This document shows positions 50,144 to 59,199 of a stretch of DNA of 64,000 nucleotides, one piece after another. Location: the IMG/VR virus record IMGVR_UViG_3300032327_000953, positions 64,001 to 128,000 of that record. The stretch is one strand, 5' to 3'. The notes below the pieces were generated by a model. It was not told the DNA's origin, made no database searches, and was given only the letters and a program-made list of their open reading frames with translations. The position numbers were made by a program, and so were the translations under genes. Positions within the stretch are counted from its first letter, which is position 1; every line of letters starts with the position of its first letter. The DNA comes from a virus. Lineage: Duplodnaviria > Caudoviricetes.

Positions 50144-50392
50144 ATGATTACGCTCGACAAGGTTATGGCTGGTGTTCGACAGGTTTTTGGTAAGGATTCC
50201 CACAAGGTGCGTGTGATTCAAGCCGGATCGTCGTTCAAGGTTGAGCCGAAAGATATGGTTCACGATGGGGTGTGGATTCGTTCGGAAAATGGTATTGAAA
50301 ATCAGCTGAACGATCTGTATTATGACATGGTGTGCGAGGCTTGTGCCGACGAGGCTGATTACATTCCGGGCCTTGACGATGGGGAGTTTTGA
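50144..50392 (+). CDS. Hypothetical protein
   Basis: 82 aa; AGGAG RBS; ends DEADYIPGLDDGEF. Confidence 0.65.
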   Translation: MITLDKVMAGVRQVFGKDSHKVRVIQAGSSFKVEPKDMVHDGVWIRSENGIENQLNDLYYDMVCEACADEADYIPGLDDGEF

Positions 50393-50590
50393 ATGAGCGT
50401 TTTTACCTTTCATCGAATAGACACTCACGAATATATCGGTATGTTTTTTGGTAAGGATTGGATGGAGGCTCGAAGTAAGGCTAGTATAAAAAGTGGAATA
50501 CCAGTGGATGATATTCTACCTTGGGCTTTCAATACTGAAACCTTTCCCCTACCTGAGAGGGATGAGACTCCCCACTACCCATATGACTGA
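50393..50590 (+). CDS. Hypothetical protein
   Basis: 65 aa, abutting the upstream stop codon. Confidence 0.5.
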   Translation: MSVFTFHRIDTHEYIGMFFGKDWMEARSKASIKSGIPVDDILPWAFNTETFPLPERDETPHYPYD

Positions 50591-50678
50591 ACCTTACGAC
50601 ATTGTAAGGTTGACAACATAAAATCAGTTTGGTATAATGCACACACAAGAGAACGATAGACCTAAGAGAGAAAAGAAA

Positions 50679-51053
50679 ATGAAAACCAAGTTCCCCATCA
50701 TCGAAAATGCCAAGCGTCAAGCCCGTATGATCTTCAAGGGTATCGCAGTGCCGATGCTCGTGGAAATCCCCGATGATAAGGTTGTGGACGATACCGATTA
50801 CGTCTACGGTGTGACCGATCAAAAGCGGTATGTCGTGACCGAAAAGGTTCTCAAGTTCAATCGTACCGCACTGAAGAATATCGGCAAGGCTCGTAAGGAA
50901 AAGGCTGATCCCCGCTATGTGGGGGGTGAGGATACCATGATCGTTCCGGTTGGCAAGCCGGGTAGCCGTGAACGTGTTGAAGAACTGACCAAGCAGTATG
51001 GTGCGGTTGCTCACCTTGAAATCAGCCCGTTCAGCTTCAAGGGGGAAGAATGA
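50679..51053 (+). CDS. Hypothetical protein
   Basis: Follows a TTGACA-N17-TATAAT promoter; start reassigned to MKTK. Confidence 0.6.
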   Translation: MKTKFPIIENAKRQARMIFKGIAVPMLVEIPDDKVVDDTDYVYGVTDQKRYVVTEKVLKFNRTALKNIGKARKEKADPRYVGGEDTMIVPVGKPGSRERVEELTKQYGAVAHLEISPFSFKGEE

Positions 51054-51404
51054 ACGACTGTACACTAGTGTACGACGTTACACTAGAGACTGAGCGATGG
51101 GTAAAGAGTACGTATGTAAGGCTATATCCTAAGCTATACCTACCCATATGGGTGGGTACTGAACGAATATACAGGAAACGAAAAACTTGACGTAAACCCT
51201 TGCTACTAAAGGACTTAGGGCAAGGGCGGCCCGCCGGGCGCGACGTAAGTGCTTATGCCTCAATGACTTACGGCAACATAGCAAATGCTGTACCAAATCA
51301 TGTTAGAAATACCTTACAGTATTGCAAGGAAAATTTTTCTGCTCTACCCTATTGACAAATGACGATAATAGATGTATAATCATAGGACAAGAAAGAAAGA
51401 GAGA

Positions 51405-51638
51405 ATGAAGATGAGAAAGCCTCCAAAAGTTTCGACCGTCAAGCGTAGCATCAATGGCTATGCCTACAAGTGTGGGTTCACATTTCATCCGAAAGAGGAT
51501 GGATCGTTTGCCCTGTTCGACATTCACATGGGATACTACGTTTGTCGTGGTACTCATGATCGTGTTGTCCAGTTTGTGATGGATGATCTGTGGGCAAGAT
51601 ACTACCGGTCGAATCCTACTCCGGTTAGTCTCAGCTAA
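51405..51638 (+). CDS. Hypothetical protein
   Basis: Downstream of the promoter at 51352; start approximate. Confidence 0.55.
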   Translation: MKMRKPPKVSTVKRSINGYAYKCGFTFHPKEDGSFALFDIHMGYYVCRGTHDRVVQFVMDDLWARYYRSNPTPVSLS

Positions 51639-51755
51639 CCCTACGGACTGGCCGTGCTGCATATAGTCAGTAAAGATAGGGGATCCTTTCGATATTGTAA
51701 GGTGTTGCAGGCTAAAGGTTGATGTGGTAGAATGTCGATAATAGATATAGGAAAG

Positions 51756-51983
51756 ATGACCAGTAACCAAGAGGAAAGTATGAAAAACGCTGTGTTGCCC
51801 CAGAGGTATGATTGGGTGGAGTTTGATTATAAGGGTGAGAACTTCCGTGGTGAGGTTCGTAGGGTTGAAGATAAGCCCAAGGGTAAATTAATGATTGTGA
51901 AAATCGGCCTGACCGAATATCGTTCGTGCTATCTTGACCAGTGTGAGAATCTGACCAATATCCCCCATGAGACGGAGGCTTGA
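51756..51983 (+). CDS. Hypothetical protein (SH3/WYL-like beta barrel?)
   Basis: VEFDYKGENFRGEV...YRSCYLDQC; start approximate. Confidence 0.45.
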   Translation: MTSNQEESMKNAVLPQRYDWVEFDYKGENFRGEVRRVEDKPKGKLMIVKIGLTEYRSCYLDQCENLTNIPHETEA

Positions 51984-52548
51984 ACATGAGAATGATCGAA
52001 TATCCTTTTGTGTGGGTTATGGGGGCTTTCCTTAAAGTGATGGAAACGCTCTGTGAAGTTTGGCAGAGAATTAACGAATATGAGAATATGAAATCTAGGG
52101 GTTATACTCTTATGAAAAGTGATAAGGGTGATGATTTCTGGGTAGGATATGGGGATTGATCCAATAACACTGGAGATACAGGGATGTATCAATTTGATTT
52201 TATTAGTGTTGCTTTTGGCTATATTGTCGGCATTTTACTGTCTGCTAGTATGTCACATATCATGTATATGGAGGAAAATAATGAAATCGAGTGACTACAT
52301 CTTATGGGGGGTATGCTTTACCCTTGGCTGCATTATGACGTATCTCCTTCATCAGTAAGGACTTACGTCGAGGCCGGCCCGCCCCGCGAAGCGTAAGTCT
52401 TTTCCCCACAACACTTTACGTCAACTGCAAAATTTTTCTGTTTGGCATGAAATTATATTTGCGAATTTTCCAAGTTACTGCTTGACACTAGCCGATAATA
52501 AGTGTAGAATCACAACATCACGAACGGTAACCACTAAGGAACAGAATC

Positions 52549-52716
52549 ATGCTGAACGATTTTGACGCTGTGAATCGGATTCTTGCTGAGATGGCCGAAC
52601 TGAACATCGTGGAGCCGATTGACGATCCTAGTATCCAGACCGATTTCTACGACTATGCCGAAGTGGTCGGAATTGATATTGACGATTTCGTTCCTCCGGA
52701 GTATGATAATGCTTAG
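52549..52716 (+). CDS. Small acidic protein (55 aa)
   Basis: Manual translation MLNDFDAVNRILAEMAELNIVEPIDDPSIQTDFYDYAEVVGIDIDDFVPPEYDNA*; AAGGA RBS. Confidence 0.6.
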   Translation: MLNDFDAVNRILAEMAELNIVEPIDDPSIQTDFYDYAEVVGIDIDDFVPPEYDNA

Positions 52717-52776
52717 TGTGATTGCGTTTGTTGCGTCCTATATTGGCCTGTTCTACATTACTACCATTGTGAAGGA

Positions 52777-53034
52777 TTGACCATGAGCTACGAATACGAC
52801 GATGTTGAAGATTTCTACGGTGAGTGCATGGACACTGACCTTTCCGATTATGAGGTTGAGGATGATTCGTTTGATGACAGTATGGATGGTGATGCTGAGT
52901 CTGCGTTGGCTTCCGCTGGATGGGGAACCGATGAGGATTACGGTTACTATGGCGACGATGGAGTAGAAGATTTCCACGCCGATGAGGCTGTGGGATTTGT
53001 GGATTACAATGAAGATGGCCCATATAACGACTAA
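52777..53034 (+). CDS. Extremely acidic protein lacking Lys and Arg
   Basis: About 30 Asp/Glu in 85 aa. Confidence 0.65.
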   Translation: MTMSYEYDDVEDFYGECMDTDLSDYEVEDDSFDDSMDGDAESALASAGWGTDEDYGYYGDDGVEDFHADEAVGFVDYNEDGPYND

Positions 53035-53051
53035 TTGAAAGGAAAGTAATA

Positions 53052-53450
53052 ATGGAATATCGTAAGATTGCAACGGGTATGATTGAGGCTACATACGAAA
53101 ATTATGTACAGTGGAGACAAGATGGTGTGCTGGATGAAGAACTGAATAAGCACAATCAAGAAATTCCCGTATGGGATGAAATGGATGATAATACCAAATG
53201 CTCTGCAATAGAGTATGTTTATCTCAACAGAGATACTATTGAGTTGCATTCGGGACTTGTAGAATCATGGGTACAGGCTACGGCTTACTTTATGATCTAT
53301 GATTTTGCTGCTATTCTCGCATATGACGGAAAGCCAGAAATCGAAATCTTTTTTGATGATTTGGATTTCATGATGGATGAGGATACTTTGGGGGATGAGA
53401 ATGTTCAGGAGCAACTTGGAATTAGTCCAGATTTTGGAGGAAAATTCTGA
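53052..53450 (+). CDS. Acidic hypothetical protein
   Basis: 132 aa; AAGGA RBS. Confidence 0.6.
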   Translation: MEYRKIATGMIEATYENYVQWRQDGVLDEELNKHNQEIPVWDEMDDNTKCSAIEYVYLNRDTIELHSGLVESWVQATAYFMIYDFAAILAYDGKPEIEIFFDDLDFMMDEDTLGDENVQEQLGISPDFGGKF

Positions 53451-53637
53451 GGTTCGCCGTAAACCCTTTGTGCATCAGCACTTAGGGCTTGCGCGGCCCG
53501 CCGGGCGCGACGTAAGTTCTTATACCACAACACTTTATGTCAACCTTACGATATTGTAAGGAAACTTTTTCTGATCTAACCTATTGACTTTGGACGATAA
53601 TAGATATATAATCATAGCAGAAGAAAGAGAGACAGAG

Positions 53638-53811
53638 ATGAAATATCAAGTTGGTGATGTTGTTCAAATGACTAATGGATACGGAATTATCAAGCAAATC
53701 ATTGGAAAGAATGTGCGAGTTCTGGTTTCTGGTCAATACGGATACGGTGAATGGTATACGTTTGATCAGATTGTTTCCCATGCTGCTCTGAGCAGAAATA
53801 AAGGGGATTGA
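53638..53811 (+). CDS. KOW/SH3-like small protein
   Basis: MKYQVGDVVQMTNGYGIIKQI. Confidence 0.5.
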   Translation: MKYQVGDVVQMTNGYGIIKQIIGKNVRVLVSGQYGYGEWYTFDQIVSHAALSRNKGD

Positions 53812-53860
53812 CATCGCGGAAAAGTTGTGGTAGAATGAAATACAAGAAAGAGAGTGAAAG

Positions 53861-54052
53861 ATGAGCAGTCGATATTACGAAGGTCGTTTTAATCCCTATA
53901 ACCGTCATGATACTGGGATGTATGTGGTCTATCGTAAGGCTGACAACAAGTATCTTGGTACTATTGTGGATTGTCGTAGTGCTACTGAAGCCAAGCGTAA
54001 AGCTGGTTATGAGTATGATTGTGAATGTTATGTAAGTGAAATTGAGGAATAG
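53861..54052 (+). CDS. Hypothetical protein
   Basis: 63 aa after a TTGACA-N17-TAGAAT promoter. Confidence 0.55.
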   Translation: MSSRYYEGRFNPYNRHDTGMYVVYRKADNKYLGTIVDCRSATEAKRKAGYEYDCECYVSEIEE

Positions 54053-54193
54053 AATGAAAACAAAAAAGAAAGAGTTGACAGCACACGAAAAAGCTGTTAT
54101 ACTCATGAATCGTGAGACTGATCGTGCAGTGAATCGCGTGAAGATGTTGGAACAGTTGTATCTTGAAACCATGAAAGCAAAGGAAGTTATTAA

Positions 54194-54424
54194 ATGAAGT
54201 GCGTTGTTACCCATACTGATACTTTTGGTGGTGAAGCTAACTACGGCTGGGTGAATCGTTACGAGTTTATCCCCAAGAAGAATGCTAGTCAGCGTAGCGT
54301 TGTTCGGAAAGCTAAGGCTCTGGCTGGTATGACTGCAGTCAAGGCTGATACCTATGACTATGGTGATCACTATAGTGTTAAGCCTCGTGGCTATGCTCAG
54401 ATCATCTTTGTTGATTTTGAGTAA
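54194..54424 (+). CDS. Hypothetical phage protein
   Basis: 76 aa; TDTFGGEANYGWVNR motif. Confidence 0.6.
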   Translation: MKCVVTHTDTFGGEANYGWVNRYEFIPKKNASQRSVVRKAKALAGMTAVKADTYDYGDHYSVKPRGYAQIIFVDFE

Positions 54425-54612
54425 ACTCTCCATCGTCGTAAACCCTTTGTGTTCAAGCACTTAGGGCCGACGGGGCGGGCCGAATTTGACGTAAGTTCTT
54501 ATGCTGCAACACTTTACGAGAATCCTTACAATCTCTTAAGATTCAAGTTTACCCCTTGCATTAGACGATAATAGATAGTAGAATGACGTATACAAGAAAG
54601 AGAGAGTGAAGC

Positions 54613-54876
54613 ATGAGTCCCGATGGATCATATCACGGATATCAAAACTACCAGACATGGAATGTTTGTCTGTGGATCAGCAATGATGAAACTTTGTATA
54701 GTCTGGCAAAGCAGTGTGGCTCTTACGAACATTTCAGAATTTTGATTCGTGAAATTTTTGAAGTGAGTCCTATCCGATTCGAAACGCCCGATTGTGTGGC
54801 TTGGAATGATAGTGGTATCAACATGGCTGAAATGGTAGAGTATTGGGAAGAAAATTTTTCTAAAGTTCCCGCTTGA
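54613..54876 (+). CDS. Hypothetical phage protein
   Basis: YHGYQNYQTWNVCLWISNDE motif. Confidence 0.6.
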   Translation: MSPDGSYHGYQNYQTWNVCLWISNDETLYSLAKQCGSYEHFRILIREIFEVSPIRFETPDCVAWNDSGINMAEMVEYWEENFSKVPA

Positions 54877-54946
54877 CAAACGCCGATAATTAGTGTAGAC
54901 TTGTGGCATGGATGTTGTGATAGGTTTTCAATTTGAAAGGGTTTCT

Positions 54947-55351
54947 ATGAACGATGTGATTTTGCTTGGTTCGATTCTGTCGGCTGTTGCCGCTGCTGTT
55001 GTGGGTTTCGTCTTCTATTCGGTCTATGGTGGATCGAAAGCTAGTTTGGCGAATGCCCAAGAGGGTCAAGTCTATAACTTTGTTTATGAGCAGCCGTTGC
55101 ACGGAACGCATGAGCGTTTTCTTGCTAAGGTGATCGGCAAGCAGACGTTGACTGCTGACCAGATTGCGAGACTGAATCGCAAGAGTCGGTATCGTATCAA
55201 TGATCCTGAGTTCATCCGTACCAGTAATCTGGTAACGTGTCGAACTGCGGATGGTAAGGTGCGTAATTTCTATGCAGAGCGAGTGACCAAGTGCCGAAAG
55301 CCTCTCCTGGCCGGTGCTTTGTTCAAGAGCGGGTTTGCTAACCTGTTCTAA
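54947..55351 (+). CDS. Membrane-anchored protein with a WYL-like C-terminal motif
   Basis: N-terminal hydrophobic helix; VTCRTADGKVRNFYAERV. Confidence 0.45.
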   Translation: MNDVILLGSILSAVAAAVVGFVFYSVYGGSKASLANAQEGQVYNFVYEQPLHGTHERFLAKVIGKQTLTADQIARLNRKSRYRINDPEFIRTSNLVTCRTADGKVRNFYAERVTKCRKPLLAGALFKSGFANLF

Positions 55352-55550
55352 AAACTAGCAGTCTCTGCCTACTAACTGACCAACCCCTAACCCTTTGACA
55401 CCAAAGGACTTAGGGCGAGGTCGGCTGCCCCGCTTCGTCGTAAGTCTTTATGTATCAACACTTTACGACAATCTTTTTTTGCTCAAGTTTTTCCTCTTGA
55501 CAAGCCGATAATAGTAGTGTAGAATACAGGGAATCAAAAGGAGAAAAAAG

Positions 55551-55832
55551 ATGTTTATGTTCAATAAGCCGTATGCTTTGTCGGATCGTACAACTCGGAC
55601 GATCACCACAGTGAATGATGTGGATATGATCGAGTTCAGTGGCATTTCCCTTGGTGGTCGTGAGTTTAGCATAGTCACGAAACTTGAGGATGCCCAGCGT
55701 TGGGTGAACGGAGAGTTGATTCAAATTGCTTTTCCGTATCTCAATGCTGATGATCGTGAGGTTCTTAAAACGGGAATTGATGCTGAGTCTTGGGAAGCAA
55801 TGTTCGCAGGATCAGAGGAGGATGAAGAATGA
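55551..55832 (+). CDS. Hypothetical phage protein
   Basis: LIQIAFPYLNADDREVLKTGI motif; AAGGAG RBS. Confidence 0.65.
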   Translation: MFMFNKPYALSDRTTRTITTVNDVDMIEFSGISLGGREFSIVTKLEDAQRWVNGELIQIAFPYLNADDREVLKTGIDAESWEAMFAGSEEDEE

Positions 55833-56074
55833 ATACTGATACCTATATGGTGATGAAGGGTAATAAGGTTGTGGGCTATGTGGAAGCCTATAGTACCTAT
55901 CATGCACTGGTTATGGCCGAAAAGTTGTATGGTAAGAATTTGCTCATTGAGCGAATCTCCAATGTTTGTCCCGCCTAACCCTACGGGGTCGGGCTGGATG
56001 GGTTTAGTCAGCCAATAGTCGGGGCTTGACAAGGGGTCTTTAATAGAGTATATTGGGCAGAAAGGGAGAGAATT

Positions 56075-56278
56075 ATGTTGACCAATGAAGAACGAAACGC
56101 TGTTTGTGATAGTGTGGCCGAGTTTGCCATTCGTTTGCTGAATGCTGCTACTGTTGATGAGCAAGCTATGCACGAAGAACTGGATATTTTCTTTGAGTTC
56201 TTTTGTAAGGCTCTTGAGATTGCCCGAAGGGATGGGGTGGTTAGGGTTCGTGAGTCTATTGGTGCTAGTAATAACTAA
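56075..56278 (+). CDS. Hypothetical protein
   Basis: 67 aa; GGGAG RBS. Confidence 0.55.
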   Translation: MLTNEERNAVCDSVAEFAIRLLNAATVDEQAMHEELDIFFEFFCKALEIARRDGVVRVRESIGASNN

Positions 56279-56287
56279 GGGGATATC

Positions 56288-56467
56288 ATGAAAGTTTGTC
56301 CATGTGGGTCTGGCAAGAAAAGTTGGTGGGAAAGTGATGCTCGGGGAATTCCACTGGGTAAGGTTTGTTTGGAGTGTGTGGATAAAAAGTTGAGTAAGTA
56401 TAGGCCAGAAGTGTTGACCAACTCAAATTATGAGTGTGATGAGCCTATTGAGGCCGAAGACTATTAG
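56288..56467 (+). CDS. Small Zn-binding protein with a SEC-C-like CPCGSGK motif (59 aa)
   Basis: Manual translation MKVCPCGSGKKSWWESDARGIPLGKVCLECVDKKLSKYRPEV... Confidence 0.65.
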   Translation: MKVCPCGSGKKSWWESDARGIPLGKVCLECVDKKLSKYRPEVLTNSNYECDEPIEAEDY

Positions 56468-56624
56468 TCGTAAGTCCTTATCCTTAAACAACTTAGGGAT
56501 AGGGCGGGCGGCCGACTTTGACATAAGTGCTTGTGTGTCATAAGGTTACATCAATGCTAAAAAATTTTTGGAATTTCTACAGATAGCTCTTGACAAGTGA
56601 CGATAATAGATGTATACTTAGCAC

Positions 56625-57300
56625 ATAAGCAGATGAGGGCCGCTGGCAGAATGATATCAAAGAAGCCACGGTTAAATGCAAGGCCGAGTATGGCATAACC
56701 CAATCTGTTTATTTTACAATACAAAACTCGTGGGTCCATGCCTTGGACTAGGTTGGGATAGCCTATTTCGATAAACACTGCGGCTGTAATGCAGCGTAGG
56801 GTTGCCAACGGGGCTATACGTTGGATAGAAGTACCAATCTATGGGGGGTCGCGTCCTCACCACGATTCATACAATCATGCGGTGGAGATTATCAGGTATG
56901 ATTTCCTTTACTATGCGTGGCCTAACAGCCTAGACGTTGCAACGCCGCATAGACGCATGATACAATACAATCAGTAATCGTTCCCAAGAGCCAGACAGAT
57001 TGCTTCATGAACAATCTCAGGGAGGTTTCCGTGGACGGTTTCCACTAGTGTTTACCTGGCCCAAGGGTTAAAAATATCGGGTATTAGTGGAGTATAGAAC
57101 CGGAGTCGTAAATGGTTCGCTGATTATAAACAGGGGTCGGATAGAAACCTTAGATAAGGTAAAACCTTGAGGTTGGTTAATGCGTGATACCGGACATTAT
57201 CTGTAAAACTATCGTGGTGATAAAACAAGCACGCTCTAGCAGCGTATGGGTGCAATTCCCATATCATCATAAGTCGATCCATTAACACCCGGTATACAAT
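56625..57300 (+). ncRNA. Candidate large structured non-coding RNA or small-RNA array
   Basis: Follows the promoter at 56590-56618; no RBS-supported ORF seen; many hairpins; repeated ACAATAC-type linkers; tRNA-like fold at 57215-57270. Confidence 0.5.
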
Positions 57301-57313
57301 ACAAAGGAGAAAG

Positions 57314-57520
57314 ATGATGATTGCTACAAAAGAATTGATTGCTGAAGCAAAACAACTTGCCCAAGATAATTATGCGGGTTGGGGGCAATATGTGGTAGAA
57401 TGCTATGAGGATAGTGAGTTAGCCGAAAGTCTTGAGAGTTTTGATACTCTAGAAGATTGGGTAGAAGTTAGGATTGCGGTGGCAGAAGTATATGCAGAGA
57501 GGGAGGCTTTCTATGAGTAA
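57314..57520 (+). CDS. Hypothetical protein
   Basis: 68 aa; AAGGAG RBS. Confidence 0.6.
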   Translation: MMIATKELIAEAKQLAQDNYAGWGQYVVECYEDSELAESLESFDTLEDWVEVRIAVAEVYAEREAFYE

Positions 57521-57676
57521 GGACGAAGCGATCATTAAGGTTCTAAGGGTTTTAAGGAGCCAATCGGCTGCTGTAAATAAGAGTAATCGGGAAGAGGCAT
57601 TGACTTTAGCAGAAGAGCATGGTATAACTGCTAAGGAATTGATTGACACTTGGGTGGAAATTTGTAGGAATATATA

Positions 57677-57931
57677 ATGGAATGGATTAGTTTTTTTGAG
57701 AAGCAACCAGAGGATGGACAAGGTATTTGGTATTATGGTGAACATATTGGTGTGTGGGCTGGAGAGTATTCTTATTCTCCAAATGACCCTTTTAGTCCTC
57801 ATCTTATATTTTGTCATGAATCTCCCGGTCTAGTTGACCGAATGGATGCTCCGTGGTGGATGCTTGATGATGGAGTGATGAATAGGCCAATTAAACCAAT
57901 AAAAGATTATCCAGCCGATTATCCTAGTTGA
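57677..57931 (+). CDS. DUF551-like protein
   Basis: MEWISFFEKQPEDGQGIWYY start pattern. Confidence 0.5.
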   Translation: MEWISFFEKQPEDGQGIWYYGEHIGVWAGEYSYSPNDPFSPHLIFCHESPGLVDRMDAPWWMLDDGVMNRPIKPIKDYPADYPS

Positions 57932-58097
57932 CATAAGTCCTTGCTGCTAAAGCACTTAGCACAAGGCCGGCCGGCCCCATTCGCCATAAGTCCTTACTAC
58001 TAAAGGGTTTAGGTTTAATCCTGATTTTTTCAAGATTCTCTATTGACAGGTCGATACTAGTAGTGTAAGATACTAGCAACACACGAAAGGGAATAAG

Positions 58098-58337
58098 ATG
58101 ACTGTTGCTGAACTGATCGAAGAACTGAACAAGCTGCCACAAGATATGCTGGTACTGGTGCCGGGTTATGAGTGTGGATATGATAATGTTGAAGTTAGAC
58201 CTAATACTGCTGTTCGTCTAAATGATAATTGGGATGGACAAGAGAAGATTAATTGGTGGGATGGCAGACATTCTATGTCTTTCGGCCCTACTGAAGATGA
58301 GATTACGCATTGTGTTGTTCTTTGGAGAGGTAAATGA
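58098..58337 (+). CDS. Hypothetical phage protein
   Basis: MTVAELIEELNKLPQDMLVLV motif. Confidence 0.65.
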   Translation: MTVAELIEELNKLPQDMLVLVPGYECGYDNVEVRPNTAVRLNDNWDGQEKINWWDGRHSMSFGPTEDEITHCVVLWRGK

Positions 58338-58753
58338 AAACGGTTGAAAAACACGCCGAAGTACGATTTCATCTACTAAACGGGCCTAATTATAAAAAAT
58401 GGCAGGTAAACGTGATGCAAGGAAAGAAAAGGGTTGACCAATTTTATGTAGACCCTACAGAATACCAGCTGGAGATGCGTGGTTGCAAGCTGGTAAATAA
58501 GGTAGCTAGGGCAAAATGGGTCAACAAGAAACAGAAAAAGAATGTTAGTGGTTGGGTGCAGTGTGAGGAGGTTATGCTTCGCAAGGATTTACCTATTGAT
58601 GGTCTTGAAAAACTATATTACAATCCAATTAAAGACATTAGATGGCGTAGAGAATCGGACTCTGGAGAATTTGAGTGGGATGATTATGAGTTTGATACTC
58701 TTGTAACTGACGGCAGACAGGTTCATGTGCTTGAGGAAAGATCGTCTGGGTGA
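58334..58753 (+). CDS. Hypothetical phage protein
   Basis: 139 aa; RFHLLNGPNYKKWQV. Confidence 0.6.
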   Translation: MKTVEKHAEVRFHLLNGPNYKKWQVNVMQGKKRVDQFYVDPTEYQLEMRGCKLVNKVARAKWVNKKQKKNVSGWVQCEEVMLRKDLPIDGLEKLYYNPIKDIRWRRESDSGEFEWDDYEFDTLVTDGRQVHVLEERSSG

Positions 58754-59199
58754 TGTAAAATAAAATGACAATTAGCACACAAACATTCACATTTGTTAAT
58801 TTCAGATATTAATTTATCCCAACTAGTATGTGCTGCTTGTGATGCTATTGTGAAAGATTTAGTAGATGGATCTTGATGGTGCCACTGTAATGCTCTATAA
58901 TCATTAAACCCACACTTGTTGCATTTTTGTTTTTTCATAAATTCTCTATATTTCTGTATTTTCTTTTTACGAGACTTAGAAGAATTTTGATTTAACTTTA
59001 ATCTAGTGTCTTCATTTTGATAAAGCTTTTTAATTCTTTGGCTATGGTATTTTTTTCTATCTACTAGATTTTTACTATAGTATTTTTGTGATTCTTTAAC
59101 TCTGCACTCTTTACATTGTGGTCTTGGTTTACCACGATTGTAGCTGAACATGTCTAGTGATTTATCTATTTTGCATTTTGTACATATTTTAGTATTCAT
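58723..59199 (-). CDS. HNH endonuclease with an N-terminal Zn ribbon
   Basis: CTKC...CKEC; CNKCG...WHHQDP...CLCANCH; start reassigned to MNTKIC. Confidence 0.8.
   Translation of the reverse strand: MNTKICTKCKIDKSLDMFSYNRGKPRPQCKECRVKESQKYYSKNLVDRKKYHSQRIKKLYQNEDTRLKLNQNSSKSRKKKIQKYREFMKKQKCNKCGFNDYRALQWHHQDPSTKSFTIASQAAHTSWDKLISEINKCECLCANCHFILHHPDDLSSST

Noticed and set aside
51635-55990. CTAACCCTACGG after stop codons at ~51635 and ~55975 as extra copies of the 78-bp element
   Set aside because: They lack the N15 and 28-bp geometry; they may be eroded remnants or hairpin terminators.
57215-57270. Amber-suppressor tRNA and stop-codon recoding
   Set aside because: The CTA is not centred in a canonical 7-nt loop, TAG terminates several ORFs (e.g. 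49925, 56467, 57931), and long genes are intact under code 11.
56625-57300. tmRNA, RNase P RNA or group I/II intron
   Set aside because: I could not find the tmRNA GGGG 5' end or tag ORF, the RNase P GAGGAAAGUCC motif, or intron core motifs.
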